64,000 bases of DNA from an uncultured bacterium (GTDB lineage: Bacteria; Krumholzibacteriota; Krumholzibacteriia; JACNKJ01), in contig CAZVHI010000007.1 in NCBI GenBank assembly GCA_964627205.1, forward strand, positions 7,412 to 71,411, read 5' to 3'. The notes below the pieces were generated by a model. It did not search any database and was not told the DNA's origin. It saw only the letters and a program-made list of their open reading frames with translations. How positions within the stretch are numbered: position 1 is the stretch's first letter; each line of letters opens with the position of its first letter. A program made the translations under genes and the position numbers. Shown in pieces: positions 40,069 through 49,323 of this stretch.

Positions 40069-40555
40069 CGCCGGTGCCTCGCGTGGGGACCTGTTTCTGC
40101 AGGGGATGCCCGCGGTCGTAGTCCTCGTGCAGTAGGATGCGCCGCAGGTCTGGATGCCCCGTGAAGCGGATGCCCATCAGGTCCCAGACCTCGCGCTCGT
40201 TCCAGTTTGCGCTTTCCCAGAGGGCGGTCACCGTGGGCAGGCAGGGCTCGCCGCCTTGCTCTGCCGTGTCCGCCTGGACGCGCACGCGCTCGCCCGAATC
40301 CAGCGAGAGCAGGTGGTAGCTGACACGGAAGCGCGGCTGCCAACCCAGCCTGAGCCCGTCGACGCCGCTGATGTCGTTCAGCAACGGGAAGCTCGGCCGC
40401 GACTCATCCTTCAGCCAGGCCAGGAGATCGAGCAGGTGATCGGATCCTACGCGCAGGGTCAGCTCCCCGCGCTGGACGTCCGCCGCCAGGAGATCGGGGC
40501 CGAAGCGCTCGCCTGCCGCCGCCGCCACTGCCTGGAGCGCATCAGGCATCGCCAT
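40055..40555 (-). CDS. nuoC: NADH-quinone oxidoreductase subunit C (stand-alone, no NuoD fused)
   Basis: DISGVD, RFRVSYHLLSL, ANWNEREVWDLMGIRFTGHPDLRRILL, GHPLQK; 166 aa. Confidence 0.95.
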   Translation of the reverse strand: MAMPDALQAVAAAAGERFGPDLLAADVQRGELTLRVGSDHLLDLLAWLKDESRPSFPLLNDISGVDGLRLGWQPRFRVSYHLLSLDSGERVRVQADTAEQGGEPCLPTVTALWESANWNEREVWDLMGIRFTGHPDLRRILLHEDYDRGHPLQKQVPTRGTGDDNR

Positions 40556-40964
40556 CCCCGCGTTCGACGAGCGTACCCCGGTCCCAGTTCAGGGCCCCCG
40601 TGCCCAGGATGTAGAGGTAGCCCACGAGCAGGATGACGAGGAAGATCGCCATCTCGACGATGCCGAAGAGGCCCAGCTTCTTGTAGTGCACGGCCCAGGG
40701 GTAGAGGAAGACCACCTCGATGTCGAAGAGGATGAAGAGGATGGCCACGAGGTAGAACTTCACCGAAAAGCGGTCGCGCGCGCCCCCGCGGGGTTCCATG
40801 CCCGATTCGTAGGTGCTGAACTTCTCGGGGTAGTTGATCCGGCGGCCGACGAAACGGCTCGCCGCCACAAGGGCCGCCGAAAAGAGCAGAGCCAGGATCA
40901 GCAGGGCAAGGATCGGCACATAGGATCCGGAAGCGAACGCGTCCAGGGCCGCGGAGAACGTCAT
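40542..40964 (-). CDS. nuoA: NADH-quinone oxidoreductase subunit A
   Basis: KFSTYESG, FSVKFYLVAILFILFDIEVVFLYPWA, GALNW. Confidence 0.96.
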   Translation of the reverse strand: MTFSAALDAFASGSYVPILALLILALLFSAALVAASRFVGRRINYPEKFSTYESGMEPRGGARDRFSVKFYLVAILFILFDIEVVFLYPWAVHYKKLGLFGIVEMAIFLVILLVGYLYILGTGALNWDRGTLVERGDGDA

Positions 40965-40987
40965 CTTGTACCTTTCATCACAATCCG

Positions 40988-41021
40988 GGTCATACTGCTA
41001 GGAGCCATGGGCCCTGTCAAT
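40988..41021 (-). promoter_or_regulatory. Candidate sigma70 promoter of the nuo operon
   Basis: Minus strand TTGACA, N17, CAGTAT upstream of nuoA. Confidence 0.5.
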
Positions 41022-41946
41022 GCTCATTTTCGGCGCCCGCGCCGGGAATTCGCGGCCTGGAAACGACCCGCTCTGTGGCGGCGAAACCGTTGCGAAACCA
41101 GCGTCGTTCGGCCGTCACGAGGCCGGCCTCCTCGCTCAGGAGAGCGGCCCCCTCAGCCAGCGGCCGCCCGTTGGGACCAAAGGGTGCACTGTGCCTGAGG
41201 GTGGGAATGGAGTCGAGCGTGCCCGCGGCCGCGGGTTGCACAGCTGCCGGACCCGGTGCCAGACCGGCGAGCGCGTCCAATCCTGTTTCGCATCGCCAGG
41301 CCAGGCCCTCGCAGTGGAGGACGCCCAGGAGCGGCTTGGCGCCCAGCAGCGCGCCTCCCTCCTCGCAGCGTCGGAACTCCAGCCAGTCGGCGCCGACGAG
41401 CAGGTCGCCGATTTCCATCCATTCCGGGAGTTCGTCCAGCCAGCCGGGTCCGTCCAGGACGCCCGCATCGGAGGCCAGCGTGAAGTAACTCCCCCGCCGC
41501 ATCAGGATGCCATGGGCACACTGCAGTGACGTGTCCGGCGCGCTCTCTATGGCCTTCGCCAGGGAGCCGCCACGGGGAAGTCGCGAGCGGGGACCGATGA
41601 GGAACCATCCGCCCGACGAACAGGTCCCCCCCAGCCATGTGCCGCCGCGGATCCGGGAGAGACTCAGATCCGCGAGGATCCCGTCCATGGGCAGATCCCA
41701 CTCGTTCAGGCGCCGGGGGAAGACGCTGGCACCGTCTGGCCACAGGGAGCGCAAGCTCCTGCTGGGGAGACCGCGGCGCAGTACCCAGCGCTCGGTGTTG
41801 GCCGGGATGAGCGAGAGCGCGGTCGGCGGGAGCTCCCGGCGCCCCTGTCTCTGCCGCGCCAGCGGCACGACGATGGCGCGCAGCACGACAAACAGCGCGG
41901 CGGCCACCAGCAGCGTCAGCCCCAGGCGCCTCAGCATCCGCTTCAT
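41017..41946 (-). CDS. Hypothetical membrane-anchored protein
   Basis: ATGA overlap with the helicase stop; N-terminal TM (LGLTLLVAAALFVVL); no family recognised. Confidence 0.6.
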   Translation of the reverse strand: MKRMLRRLGLTLLVAAALFVVLRAIVVPLARQRQGRRELPPTALSLIPANTERWVLRRGLPSRSLRSLWPDGASVFPRRLNEWDLPMDGILADLSLSRIRGGTWLGGTCSSGGWFLIGPRSRLPRGGSLAKAIESAPDTSLQCAHGILMRRGSYFTLASDAGVLDGPGWLDELPEWMEIGDLLVGADWLEFRRCEEGGALLGAKPLLGVLHCEGLAWRCETGLDALAGLAPGPAAVQPAAAGTLDSIPTLRHSAPFGPNGRPLAEGAALLSEEAGLVTAERRWFRNGFAATERVVSRPRIPGAGAENEH

Positions 41947-44900
41947 GCCTCCCCCTCCGCCGACAGGTGTTTCAGGAAGCGGCTCGGCTCCTGCTGGAAG
42001 CCGCCGCGGTTTTCTACTTGAGTCAGGGTGAGCGACTCGGCGGCACGCGTCATCGCCACGTAGAGCAGGCGCCTCTCCTCGGCGATGGCCTCGGGGTCCT
42101 CGGCCCGCAGGGCGTAGTAGCCCGGCAGCACGTTCTCCTCGAGCCCGGCGATGTAGACCCGGCGGAACTCCAGCCCCTTGGCGCTGTGGATGGTCATCAG
42201 CTGCACGGCGTCCAGTTCCTGGGTCAGGTCCGGCGGCTGGTAGAGGGCCAGGAAGTCGAGAAAGCTCGCGAGGGAATCGCCCAGGTAGAGCTCGTCGAAG
42301 CGAGGTACGAGGGCGAGGAAGCGTTCCTCCTCACTGTGCAGGCCGGTGAAGAGCTCGGGCGCCTCCGCCGTGAGCCCCGCCGCCGCCAGCAGGCCCTCCT
42401 CCATCGCGCCACGCTCCTCGGGCTTGGCGAAGCGCGTCAGCCAGTCGCTGCCGCTCGCGAGCAGGCGGCGCACGCCCCGGCGGAAGAGCTCGAAGTCTCT
42501 CCCCCCGCGATCCCGTTTCGGGACGGCCGCCGGATCGAGGTAGAGCGCCAGGGCGGCCGGCGCGAGCGCCTCCTGCCCCACGCGGCGGCGGAGGCGGCCC
42601 AGATGCAGCGCCTGCATCCGCTCGAAGGCCTCGCCCAGGCAGCGGCAGTCGTCCAGCGCCCGGTGCCGTGCCTCGGCGCGGATGCCGAAGCGCGCGATGA
42701 GGTCCTCCAGGCGGACTCGCTCGCCCGGGAAGAGCCTGCGGGCGAGGGCCAGCGTGTCGAAGAGCGCGTTCGCTGGGCGGGCGAGGCCGTGCTCGCGCGC
42801 GAGGCGGCGCAGGATGGGGAAGTCGAAACCGGCACCGTTGTGGGCCACGAGGTCGCGCTCGCCCGCAAAGCGGAGGAAGTCGCGGAGGGCCTGGGCGGGT
42901 GGTGGAGCGTCTGCGACCATTGCGTCGTCGATGCCGTGAATGGCCGTCGCGCCCGGCGGGATCGGCGCTGCAGGCCGGACGAGGGTCGCGAAGCGCTCCA
43001 CCTCCCGACCCGACTCGTAGCGGATGCCCGCGATCTCTACGATTTCGCAGCCCGTGATGTCCACACCAGTCGTCTCGAGATCGAAGACAACGTAGTCGTT
43101 GAGGGACCGGTGCTCGTCGGCGCGCCAGAGCTGGTAGAGTCGGAATACGAGCAGCGCCGCGGGCGCGCCGCGGACGACTCGGTCGGGATCGCCGCCGAGG
43201 CGCAACTCGCCATGACGGCCGTCGACGCGCAGGGTCGACGCGGGCGGCGGCCCGGGCTCGCCGGCGACGAGGTTCTGCGCCAACCAGGGCTCGAGGCCCT
43301 GGCGGAGCAGCGCGGTGAGTATCTCCGAGCCGGCGTCAGTATCTGCCGCCACGCCGACTCGCCGCCCCAGTCGCAATCGCTCGCGCAGCTCCGAGAGGAG
43401 CTCCGCCAGACCGTCGATCTCGGCGGGATCGCCGGGCAGGCTCTGCTCCTCGTCGTCGGCGAGCTCGAGCAGGACCTCGCGTACAAGCTGACTCAGGGTG
43501 CGCCCCGCACCACCTGCGCGCAGGTTGCTGATGCGGGCGACCAGGCTCTCGAGGAGCCATGGCAGACGCGCGAGGATCTGCAGCCGTTGGCCCTGGGCTT
43601 CGCAGTCGCGACGCAGCGCCCGCGCGTCCGGCTCCTCGGACCCTGCGGGCGGTTCCGCCGCCTGCCCCTCCGCCACCCCGGCGGGCGGCAGGAAGTCCTC
43701 CAGTCCCAGGCCGGAGGGGAAGCGGCTGCGCCAGGCGCCGAGCCAAACCTCGTCCGCAAGTGCCGCGTTTTCCCCGAGGAAGCTCTCCCAGCGCCGTGAC
43801 CGTCCGCGCAGCGTGTTCCGACTCCGGATGAGCAGGTCGACGGCTGCGCGGATGGAGTCCCCCCGGAGGCGGGCGCTGGCTCGCAGCAACGCGAAGGAGC
43901 CATCGTCCAGGGAAGCCGCGAGCAGTGTCTCGAGCGCATCCTCGTCGTTGCCGTTTCTCAAGATTCGCAGGAAGGCGATCAACTGGCGGATGCGCCCTTG
44001 CTCGAGGAGCGCCCGGCCCGCGACCAGCTCCACGGGGATGCGCTCGCCCATCAGACGTGTCTCGAGGTACTCGCCGATGGCGTGCTTCGGATAGAGCACG
44101 GCGATGTCGCGCCAGCGCAGGCCGGGGTCCGTGGCACGGGCGCGGCGGATGTCCGCGGCGAGGAACTCCGCCTCCTCCTTCTCGCCGGGGAAGCTCTCGT
44201 ACTCCAGGCTGCCGTCGCCCTCGGCGCGGCTCACCAGCGCGCGCTTCGCCTCACCTCCCGCGGCGATCAGGGCCTGCGCGCTCGTGAGGATCCGCGCCGT
44301 GTTGCGATAGTTCTCGTCGAGGACGATTTCCAAGGGCCCGTAGTCCCGCCGGTACTCGGCGATGTTGCGGCGATCGGCGCCCCGCCAGGCGTAGATGGAC
44401 TGCTGATCGTCCGCGACGAGGAAGCTGCTGCCGTCAGCAGGCACGAGGTGCCGGAGGATGCGGTACTGCAGCGCGTCCGTGTCCTGGAACTCGTCGACGA
44501 GCACGCGCGGCCAGCTCCGCCGCGTCTTGGCGAGCAGATTCTCGTCTTCCTCGAGCAGGCGGCGCGTGAGGTCGAGGATGTCGTCGAAGTCCAGCGCGCT
44601 CTCGTCCCGCAACAGGCGCTGGTACTCGTCGAAGAGCTCCACCTGCAGCTTGCTGAGCAGATCGGGATCGCGATCCAGGCGATAGGCGCCGAAGCGCCCG
44701 AGGAGCATGCGGAGCTCCTTCTCCTCCGCCTCGCGCGTTGAGAAACCGAGGCGGTTCCAGGCCCGCTGCAGGGTGCGCACCTGCCGCTGCTCGTCCGCCA
44801 CGCCGAAGTCCGCCGGGATCTCGCCGCGCCCGGCGTGGGCGCGGAGGAGCTGGAGCCCGAAGTGATGGAAGGTTCCCGCGCGAATCGACGACGCGTCCTG

Positions 44901-45146
44901 GCCAAGATAGCAGGCAAGACGCCCGACCATCACGCGCGCGGCCTTGCGCGTGAAGGTCAGCGGCAGGACTCCCCCGGGATCCTCTCCGAGCACGGTCACC
45001 AAGTAGATGATGCGGTTGACGAGGGTGCGCGTCTTGCCTGTGCCCGGCCCGGCCAGGACGAGGCAGTGCGGCGCCGTCGCGAAGACGGCCTCGCGCTGCT
45101 TCGGGTTGAGCTCGCGCTCGAGCTCCCGCCAGGGGTTGACGCTCAT
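41943..45146 (-). CDS. uvrD: UvrD/PcrA-family SF1 helicase with an internally inserted DEDDh 3'-5' exonuclease domain
   Basis: AGPGTGKT, LTFTRKAA, DEFQD, QSIYAWRG, ENYR, TIHSAKGLEF, EERRLLYVAMTRA. The insert has VFDLETTG, AHNGAGFD and HRALDDC. Confidence 0.9.
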   Translation of the reverse strand: MSVNPWRELERELNPKQREAVFATAPHCLVLAGPGTGKTRTLVNRIIYLVTVLGEDPGGVLPLTFTRKAARVMVGRLACYLGQDASSIRAGTFHHFGLQLLRAHAGRGEIPADFGVADEQRQVRTLQRAWNRLGFSTREAEEKELRMLLGRFGAYRLDRDPDLLSKLQVELFDEYQRLLRDESALDFDDILDLTRRLLEEDENLLAKTRRSWPRVLVDEFQDTDALQYRILRHLVPADGSSFLVADDQQSIYAWRGADRRNIAEYRRDYGPLEIVLDENYRNTARILTSAQALIAAGGEAKRALVSRAEGDGSLEYESFPGEKEEAEFLAADIRRARATDPGLRWRDIAVLYPKHAIGEYLETRLMGERIPVELVAGRALLEQGRIRQLIAFLRILRNGNDEDALETLLAASLDDGSFALLRASARLRGDSIRAAVDLLIRSRNTLRGRSRRWESFLGENAALADEVWLGAWRSRFPSGLGLEDFLPPAGVAEGQAAEPPAGSEEPDARALRRDCEAQGQRLQILARLPWLLESLVARISNLRAGGAGRTLSQLVREVLLELADDEEQSLPGDPAEIDGLAELLSELRERLRLGRRVGVAADTDAGSEILTALLRQGLEPWLAQNLVAGEPGPPPASTLRVDGRHGELRLGGDPDRVVRGAPAALLVFRLYQLWRADEHRSLNDYVVFDLETTGVDITGCEIVEIAGIRYESGREVERFATLVRPAAPIPPGATAIHGIDDAMVADAPPPAQALRDFLRFAGERDLVAHNGAGFDFPILRRLAREHGLARPANALFDTLALARRLFPGERVRLEDLIARFGIRAEARHRALDDCRCLGEAFERMQALHLGRLRRRVGQEALAPAALALYLDPAAVPKRDRGGRDFELFRRGVRRLLASGSDWLTRFAKPEERGAMEEGLLAAAGLTAEAPELFTGLHSEEERFLALVPRFDELYLGDSLASFLDFLALYQPPDLTQELDAVQLMTIHSAKGLEFRRVYIAGLEENVLPGYYALRAEDPEAIAEERRLLYVAMTRAAESLTLTQVENRGGFQQEPSRFLKHLSAEGEA

Positions 45147-45973
45147 GGCGCGTCCCTGCGCGGCCGAGCGTGGACGACGACCTCTTCGCCGGCCGAGAGG
45201 CCCAGCCGATCGCTGGCGCTGCCCCGGGCCACGGCGATCTCCAGGTGCCCGCTGCTACCCAGCAGCGCGAGCGCCTCGCCCGGCGCCGCCTCCTCGTAGA
45301 CACGCCTGATGCCGCGCAGCCGCAGCTCGCCCGCTTGGATCTCCAGGTCCGCGGCGGCGGCCTGCCTTTCACCCTCGAGTGCGCGCAGGCTGTCTTCGTC
45401 GATGTCGGTGATGAGATTCCCGAAGGAGTCCGCCAGCAGGATGCGGCCGATCAAGGCCTCCCCCTCCCGGCGCGGGCCGATCCGATCGATCAGGACGGGA
45501 CGCTCGCAGGGCGAGCCAAATGCGGCCAGGGGCATGCCCAGCGTCAGATGAGCCGCCGCTCCCGCGAAGACGTCGCGGCCATGGAAGGTGGGCCGGGGAT
45601 CGGAGCGGAGCAGGGCTGGGTTCTCCAGGTAGCACAGCTCGCGGTCCGGCTCCCGGGCGACCAGCTCGGTGACGAGGCCGTTGTCGGGCGCGACGAAGTA
45701 GCGTTCGCCGATCCGCCCCGCGAGCCCCCTCCGCTCGCCGCCTACACCGGGATCCACGACGACCAGGAAGACGCTGCCAGCGGGGAACTGCTCCCAGGTG
45801 GCGAGGAGGATGTAGGCGGCCGCACCGAGGTCCTGGGGCTCCACTCCGTGGCTGACATCGACGAACGTGAGCGCCGGGTTCGCGTCCAGCAGCGCGCCCT
45901 TCATGGCGCCCAGGTACCAGCTGTCCGGTCCGAAGTCCGTGAGCAGTGCGACGAGGGGACGCGGCGACGCCAT
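45143..45973 (-). CDS. SAM hydroxide adenosyltransferase / chlorinase-fluorinase family (DUF62)
   Basis: ATG at 45973 behind AAGGGAG. LLTDFG, VVVDPGVG, APDNG, TFHGRDVF, DSFGNLIT, GHLEIAV. Confidence 0.92.
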   Translation of the reverse strand: MASPRPLVALLTDFGPDSWYLGAMKGALLDANPALTFVDVSHGVEPQDLGAAAYILLATWEQFPAGSVFLVVVDPGVGGERRGLAGRIGERYFVAPDNGLVTELVAREPDRELCYLENPALLRSDPRPTFHGRDVFAGAAAHLTLGMPLAAFGSPCERPVLIDRIGPRREGEALIGRILLADSFGNLITDIDEDSLRALEGERQAAAADLEIQAGELRLRGIRRVYEEAAPGEALALLGSSGHLEIAVARGSASDRLGLSAGEEVVVHARPRRDAP

Positions 45974-46002
45974 GACACTCCCTTGCGTGCGCCGGGCGGC
46001 GC

Positions 46003-47166
46003 TCAGTTGCCGCCGCCGGCCAGGCCGAAGGGTTGCTGGAGCAGGTTTATCCCGAGGAGCATACGCCCATCGCGGTCCAGAGCCAGGAAAAAACCGGGTG
46101 AGATGGGCCCGATGCGGACGAGACCCGGGTAGAGGTTCAGGCGCAGGCGGTAGTCCTTCGTCTCGGCATAGAGCAGCGAGGCGAGGAGCGAACCGTTCCG
46201 GTCGTAGAAGATGCCCGCGACCAGCGCGAGATCCACCGTGCGGTTGCCCTGAGTCAGCTCGATGAGGTTCTGGGCCTTGAAGCCGGCGGCCACGGAGATG
46301 CAGTCGCCCTTCGGGCGCGTGTAGGAGAGGCCGCCCTCGCCATGGGTGCCGTAGTGATAGAAGAACCGCCAGCGCTCGCTGCGCGGCAGCGGGAACTTCA
46401 AGGCGAAGTTCTGGCCGTTGTTTTCGATGGTTCCCCGCCAGGGATCGTAGCCGGCCTGGTAGGACCAGTCGCTCATCTGCAGCGTCTCCCCGAAGAAGCG
46501 GGCGACGCGGTCGGAACTGAAAAGGACCATGCTGAGGGGATCGAAGAGATAGAGATCCGCGATGGGATCGGTGCTGTAGCCCACGAAACCATCGTTCTCC
46601 ACGACCTCGTTGAGCAGGTGGTAGGCGGCGATGGTGCCCACAGCCAGGAGCGTGGGGCGGGGATAGCAGTGGTAGCGGAACCACTCCAGCATCAGGCGGT
46701 AGCTCATCCCGCCGCCGATGAGGTGCTGAGTATAGTTGGGATAGTACTGGGCGCTCGCCCGGTTCGTGCTGAAAGGAGCCACCTGACGGAAGAAGAAGTT
46801 CCGCCAGCCCTCCCGCTCGATGGCCTCGATGGGGTTGCCCAGATTCATCATCAGGTTGTTCCAGCCGTTCCGGTAGTCGACCGACCAGATCCGGTTGTCG
46901 CGGTTGTCGAGCTGGGTGATGCCGTAGCCGCCGGCGATGATGAGGCGAAGGGGATGGATCAGCGCGTCACTGCCGTAGTCGTGGGACCGGTAGAAGTAGT
47001 ACTCCATGGCAGGGCTGGGATCCTGTGCCCGGCCGGCCGAGGGCAGCGCCGACAGAAGCAGACACGCGAGCAGGATCGACCGGGACGCCCCCCGCCGGCA
47101 CGTGTGTCGCCCGTGCCCGACGCGGCCGGCAACTCTCGCCCTCTCGGTAAAGCGGATCCTCATCAT
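46003..47166 (-). CDS. Hypothetical exported, possibly outer-membrane, protein; start uncertain
   Basis: Hydrophobic signal-like segment ILLACLLLSALPSAGRA; aromatic-rich body with alternating beta-strand-like C-terminal half; protein-like composition unlike the shadow ORFs. Confidence 0.65.
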   Translation of the reverse strand: MMRIRFTERARVAGRVGHGRHTCRRGASRSILLACLLLSALPSAGRAQDPSPAMEYYFYRSHDYGSDALIHPLRLIIAGGYGITQLDNRDNRIWSVDYRNGWNNLMMNLGNPIEAIEREGWRNFFFRQVAPFSTNRASAQYYPNYTQHLIGGGMSYRLMLEWFRYHCYPRPTLLAVGTIAAYHLLNEVVENDGFVGYSTDPIADLYLFDPLSMVLFSSDRVARFFGETLQMSDWSYQAGYDPWRGTIENNGQNFALKFPLPRSERWRFFYHYGTHGEGGLSYTRPKGDCISVAAGFKAQNLIELTQGNRTVDLALVAGIFYDRNGSLLASLLYAETKDYRLRLNLYPGLVRIGPISPGFFLALDRDGRMLLGINLLQQPFGLAGGGN

Positions 47167-47348
47167 TGCGGCTCGAGTCCTTTCGCGCGACACGCGCAGC
47201 GTTTCGGCGCCCTGCAAGCTCGACGTGCCGACCTCTCACTGGCTTGGCTCGACTCGCCGGATCGTGCATACTAGGACTTCCCTCCACGATAAGCAACATG
47301 GAGGGTGATGGCGCTGGACGGTACCTCGATCACGGAGCCTTTCGAAGC

Positions 47349-47942
47349 ATGAGTATCGATCCGCTGCACAGCATGTGGAAGGACAAAGGCGGGGTGCCGT
47401 CGGGACCGCGCGCGCCCGTGGCTGCGCTCCTGGACAACATCCGCAGCGCATACAACGTGGGCGACATCTTCCGCAGCGCGGACGCCCTGCGTCTTGCGCA
47501 GCTCTTCCTCGTGGGGATCACGGCCTTCCCCCCCAACGGAAAGCTGGCCAAGACCGCGCTGGGCACGACAGACACGGTGCCCTGGTGCCACGACCTGCGC
47601 GTCTTCGACGCCGTGGCCCGGGTGCGGGAAGCGGGCTACCCGCTGGTGGCCGTGGAGATGATCCCCGCCAGCGTTTCGCTATTCGACTGGGAAGGCCCCG
47701 CGCGCTGCTGCTTCGTCTTCGGGCACGAGGTTCTCGGAGTGGACCGGGAGTTGCTCCGGCAGGCGGATGCGGTGCTGCACCTGCCGATGGCAGGCCTCAA
47801 GAATAGCCTCAACGTGTCCTCGAGCTTCACGGCGGTGCTCTACCAGCACATGGCCCGGCACGGCCTGCTCGCGGGCGGCGCCCCCGCCCTGGACGAGCAC
47901 TACTTGCCCGACCGCCGTCAGAAGTCCGAGCCCGGCAGCTGA
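47349..47942 (+). CDS. TrmH/SpoU family RNA methyltransferase (alternative start at 47298)
   Basis: LLDNIRSAYNVGDIFRSAD, AKTALG, FVFGHEVLGV, LPMAGLKNSLNVS (SPOUT motifs). Confidence 0.9.
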   Translation: MSIDPLHSMWKDKGGVPSGPRAPVAALLDNIRSAYNVGDIFRSADALRLAQLFLVGITAFPPNGKLAKTALGTTDTVPWCHDLRVFDAVARVREAGYPLVAVEMIPASVSLFDWEGPARCCFVFGHEVLGVDRELLRQADAVLHLPMAGLKNSLNVSSSFTAVLYQHMARHGLLAGGAPALDEHYLPDRRQKSEPGS

Positions 47943-48988
47943 TCCTCGATCTCGGCGAAATAGTCCGGCCAGGTGCCCTCGGAATGGACCGGGGGCAGGA
48001 AGAGCTGGTACTGGGAGCCCCCCTCCCGCGGTGACTCGCCGTAGGAGAGCCCCACGCTGCAACCTCTCTGGATGGCCAGCGCGGCCGCGCGCTCGAGGTT
48101 CTCGAGACCGTGGCCCGCGTCGGTGACCGTCCAGTCACCCCAGGTGCCGCTCGCGCCGACGCCGTTCACCTGCAGGAAGTCGCCGCGGCGGATGTAGCGG
48201 CGCTCGTCGACGCCGGGGACCTCGAGCCTGTCCCAGGTCTCGGAGTTGGGATTGCCGACGTTCTCCGCGAAGCGTCTCGTGGTGGCGAGCCGCTTGCCGT
48301 TGCCGTTGGTTACCAGCAGGCCGTCCGGGCCGCAGTATTGGGCAACCAGCACGCTTGCCCCGTCCTCGATCGCCTCGACACGCTCGACGTTCCAGGTACC
48401 AGGCTCCTCGCGCCAGCCGGGCCGGCCGTCCATGGGGCCCCAGACAACGTCCTTGTCCGCGGGATCGCCCGACCACCAGTCGCGGTCGTAGGCGAAGTCG
48501 TCCAGGAAGACTCCCCTCACGTCCGAGCCGTGCTCCGCGAGGAAGTCCTCGATCCAGCCGAGAAAGCTCTGCACGTGGGCGTCGTCGAAGCGGTAGCAGT
48601 ATACCTCGTCGTTCAGCACGATCTTCGGCTGGCCGATCTCCCCCGGCGCCGGCTGCCACTCGGGCCAGTGCCGGAGCGAGTCCGTGTGGCAGCTCTTGCC
48701 CCACATGTCGAAGTAGAGGATCGCCTTCTCGCGGAAGCGCGGTGCGAGGTCGGACAGGCCCTCGGCCTCGAGGATGATGAGGTCGAAGCCTGCGAGGACG
48801 TCCTGGTCCAGGTTCCGGAAGCAGTTGCCGTAGCCGATCACGTGGCTGGTGTAGGCGGGCTGAGGCGGCGGATCGGTCGTGTCGTCGCCACCGGATGAGT
48901 CGCCGGGTAGGCCCGGAAGCACGAGGCTGCACGCGCAGAGCAGGAGCGGGGCGAGGAAAGGGAGAATACGTTGCGGATTGTCGTGCAT
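47918..48988 (-). CDS. Hypothetical lipoprotein, possibly a glycoside-hydrolase-like TIM barrel (GH114-like)
   Basis: Lipobox-like LLLCAC; FDLIILE and RGVFLDDF segments recall GH114/PelA-type barrels. Function call is weak. Confidence 0.6.
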   Translation of the reverse strand: MHDNPQRILPFLAPLLLCACSLVLPGLPGDSSGGDDTTDPPPQPAYTSHVIGYGNCFRNLDQDVLAGFDLIILEAEGLSDLAPRFREKAILYFDMWGKSCHTDSLRHWPEWQPAPGEIGQPKIVLNDEVYCYRFDDAHVQSFLGWIEDFLAEHGSDVRGVFLDDFAYDRDWWSGDPADKDVVWGPMDGRPGWREEPGTWNVERVEAIEDGASVLVAQYCGPDGLLVTNGNGKRLATTRRFAENVGNPNSETWDRLEVPGVDERRYIRRGDFLQVNGVGASGTWGDWTVTDAGHGLENLERAAALAIQRGCSVGLSYGESPREGGSQYQLFLPPVHSEGTWPDYFAEIEDQLPGSDF

Positions 48989-49227
48989 CGATGCTCCTTT
49001 GGCGACACGCGAGTCGCGTCGGCTCGGCTTCCGTCGCGCCACCGGACAAGCTAGCAAGGAGGGCACCAGGCGACGGGTAGCGACGCGGAACGGCCGGGAA
49101 GATCAGGAAGGGCGCGGCTCCCGGAGATACTGCGGGTTGTGGCTCGAATCCGCAAGGGACGATCTGGTACCCTGGCGCACCCGATCGTACGGCCTTCCGC
49201 GCCTACGTGAAATCTTTCCCAAAAGAC

Positions 49228-49310
49228 TTGACGCGCCGGCGACTCTTCCGTATTTTCGGATATCCAGATAAGCGGATCTGTTACACGGATTCGAATCGAA
49301 GCTCGTAACA
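49228..49310 (+). promoter_or_regulatory. sigma70 promoter plus candidate operator palindromes for the arsR-psr operon
   Basis: TTGACG (49228-33), N17, TATTTT (49251-56). Downstream inverted repeats CAGAT-N6-ATCTG (49265-80) and TGTTAC-N20-GTAACA (49279-310). Confidence 0.6.
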
Positions 49311-49323
49311 CACACTGGGATCA

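Noticed and set aside
45143-46684. 513-aa ORF suggesting an extended SAM hydrolase
   Set aside because: The N-terminal half is an alternate frame of the upstream gene; the family motifs start at ATG 45973, which has its own RBS.
47308-47352. 14-codon mini-ORF (MALDGTSITEPFEA) with GGAGGG RBS whose stop overlaps the trmH-family ATG
   Set aside because: It is equally explained by an in-frame start at 47298 for the methylase; there is no independent support for a leader peptide.
49120-49310. tRNA-like T-loop fragments (GGCTCGAATCC, GGATTCGAATC)
   Set aside because: No acceptor stem, D-arm or anticodon arm can be built around them.
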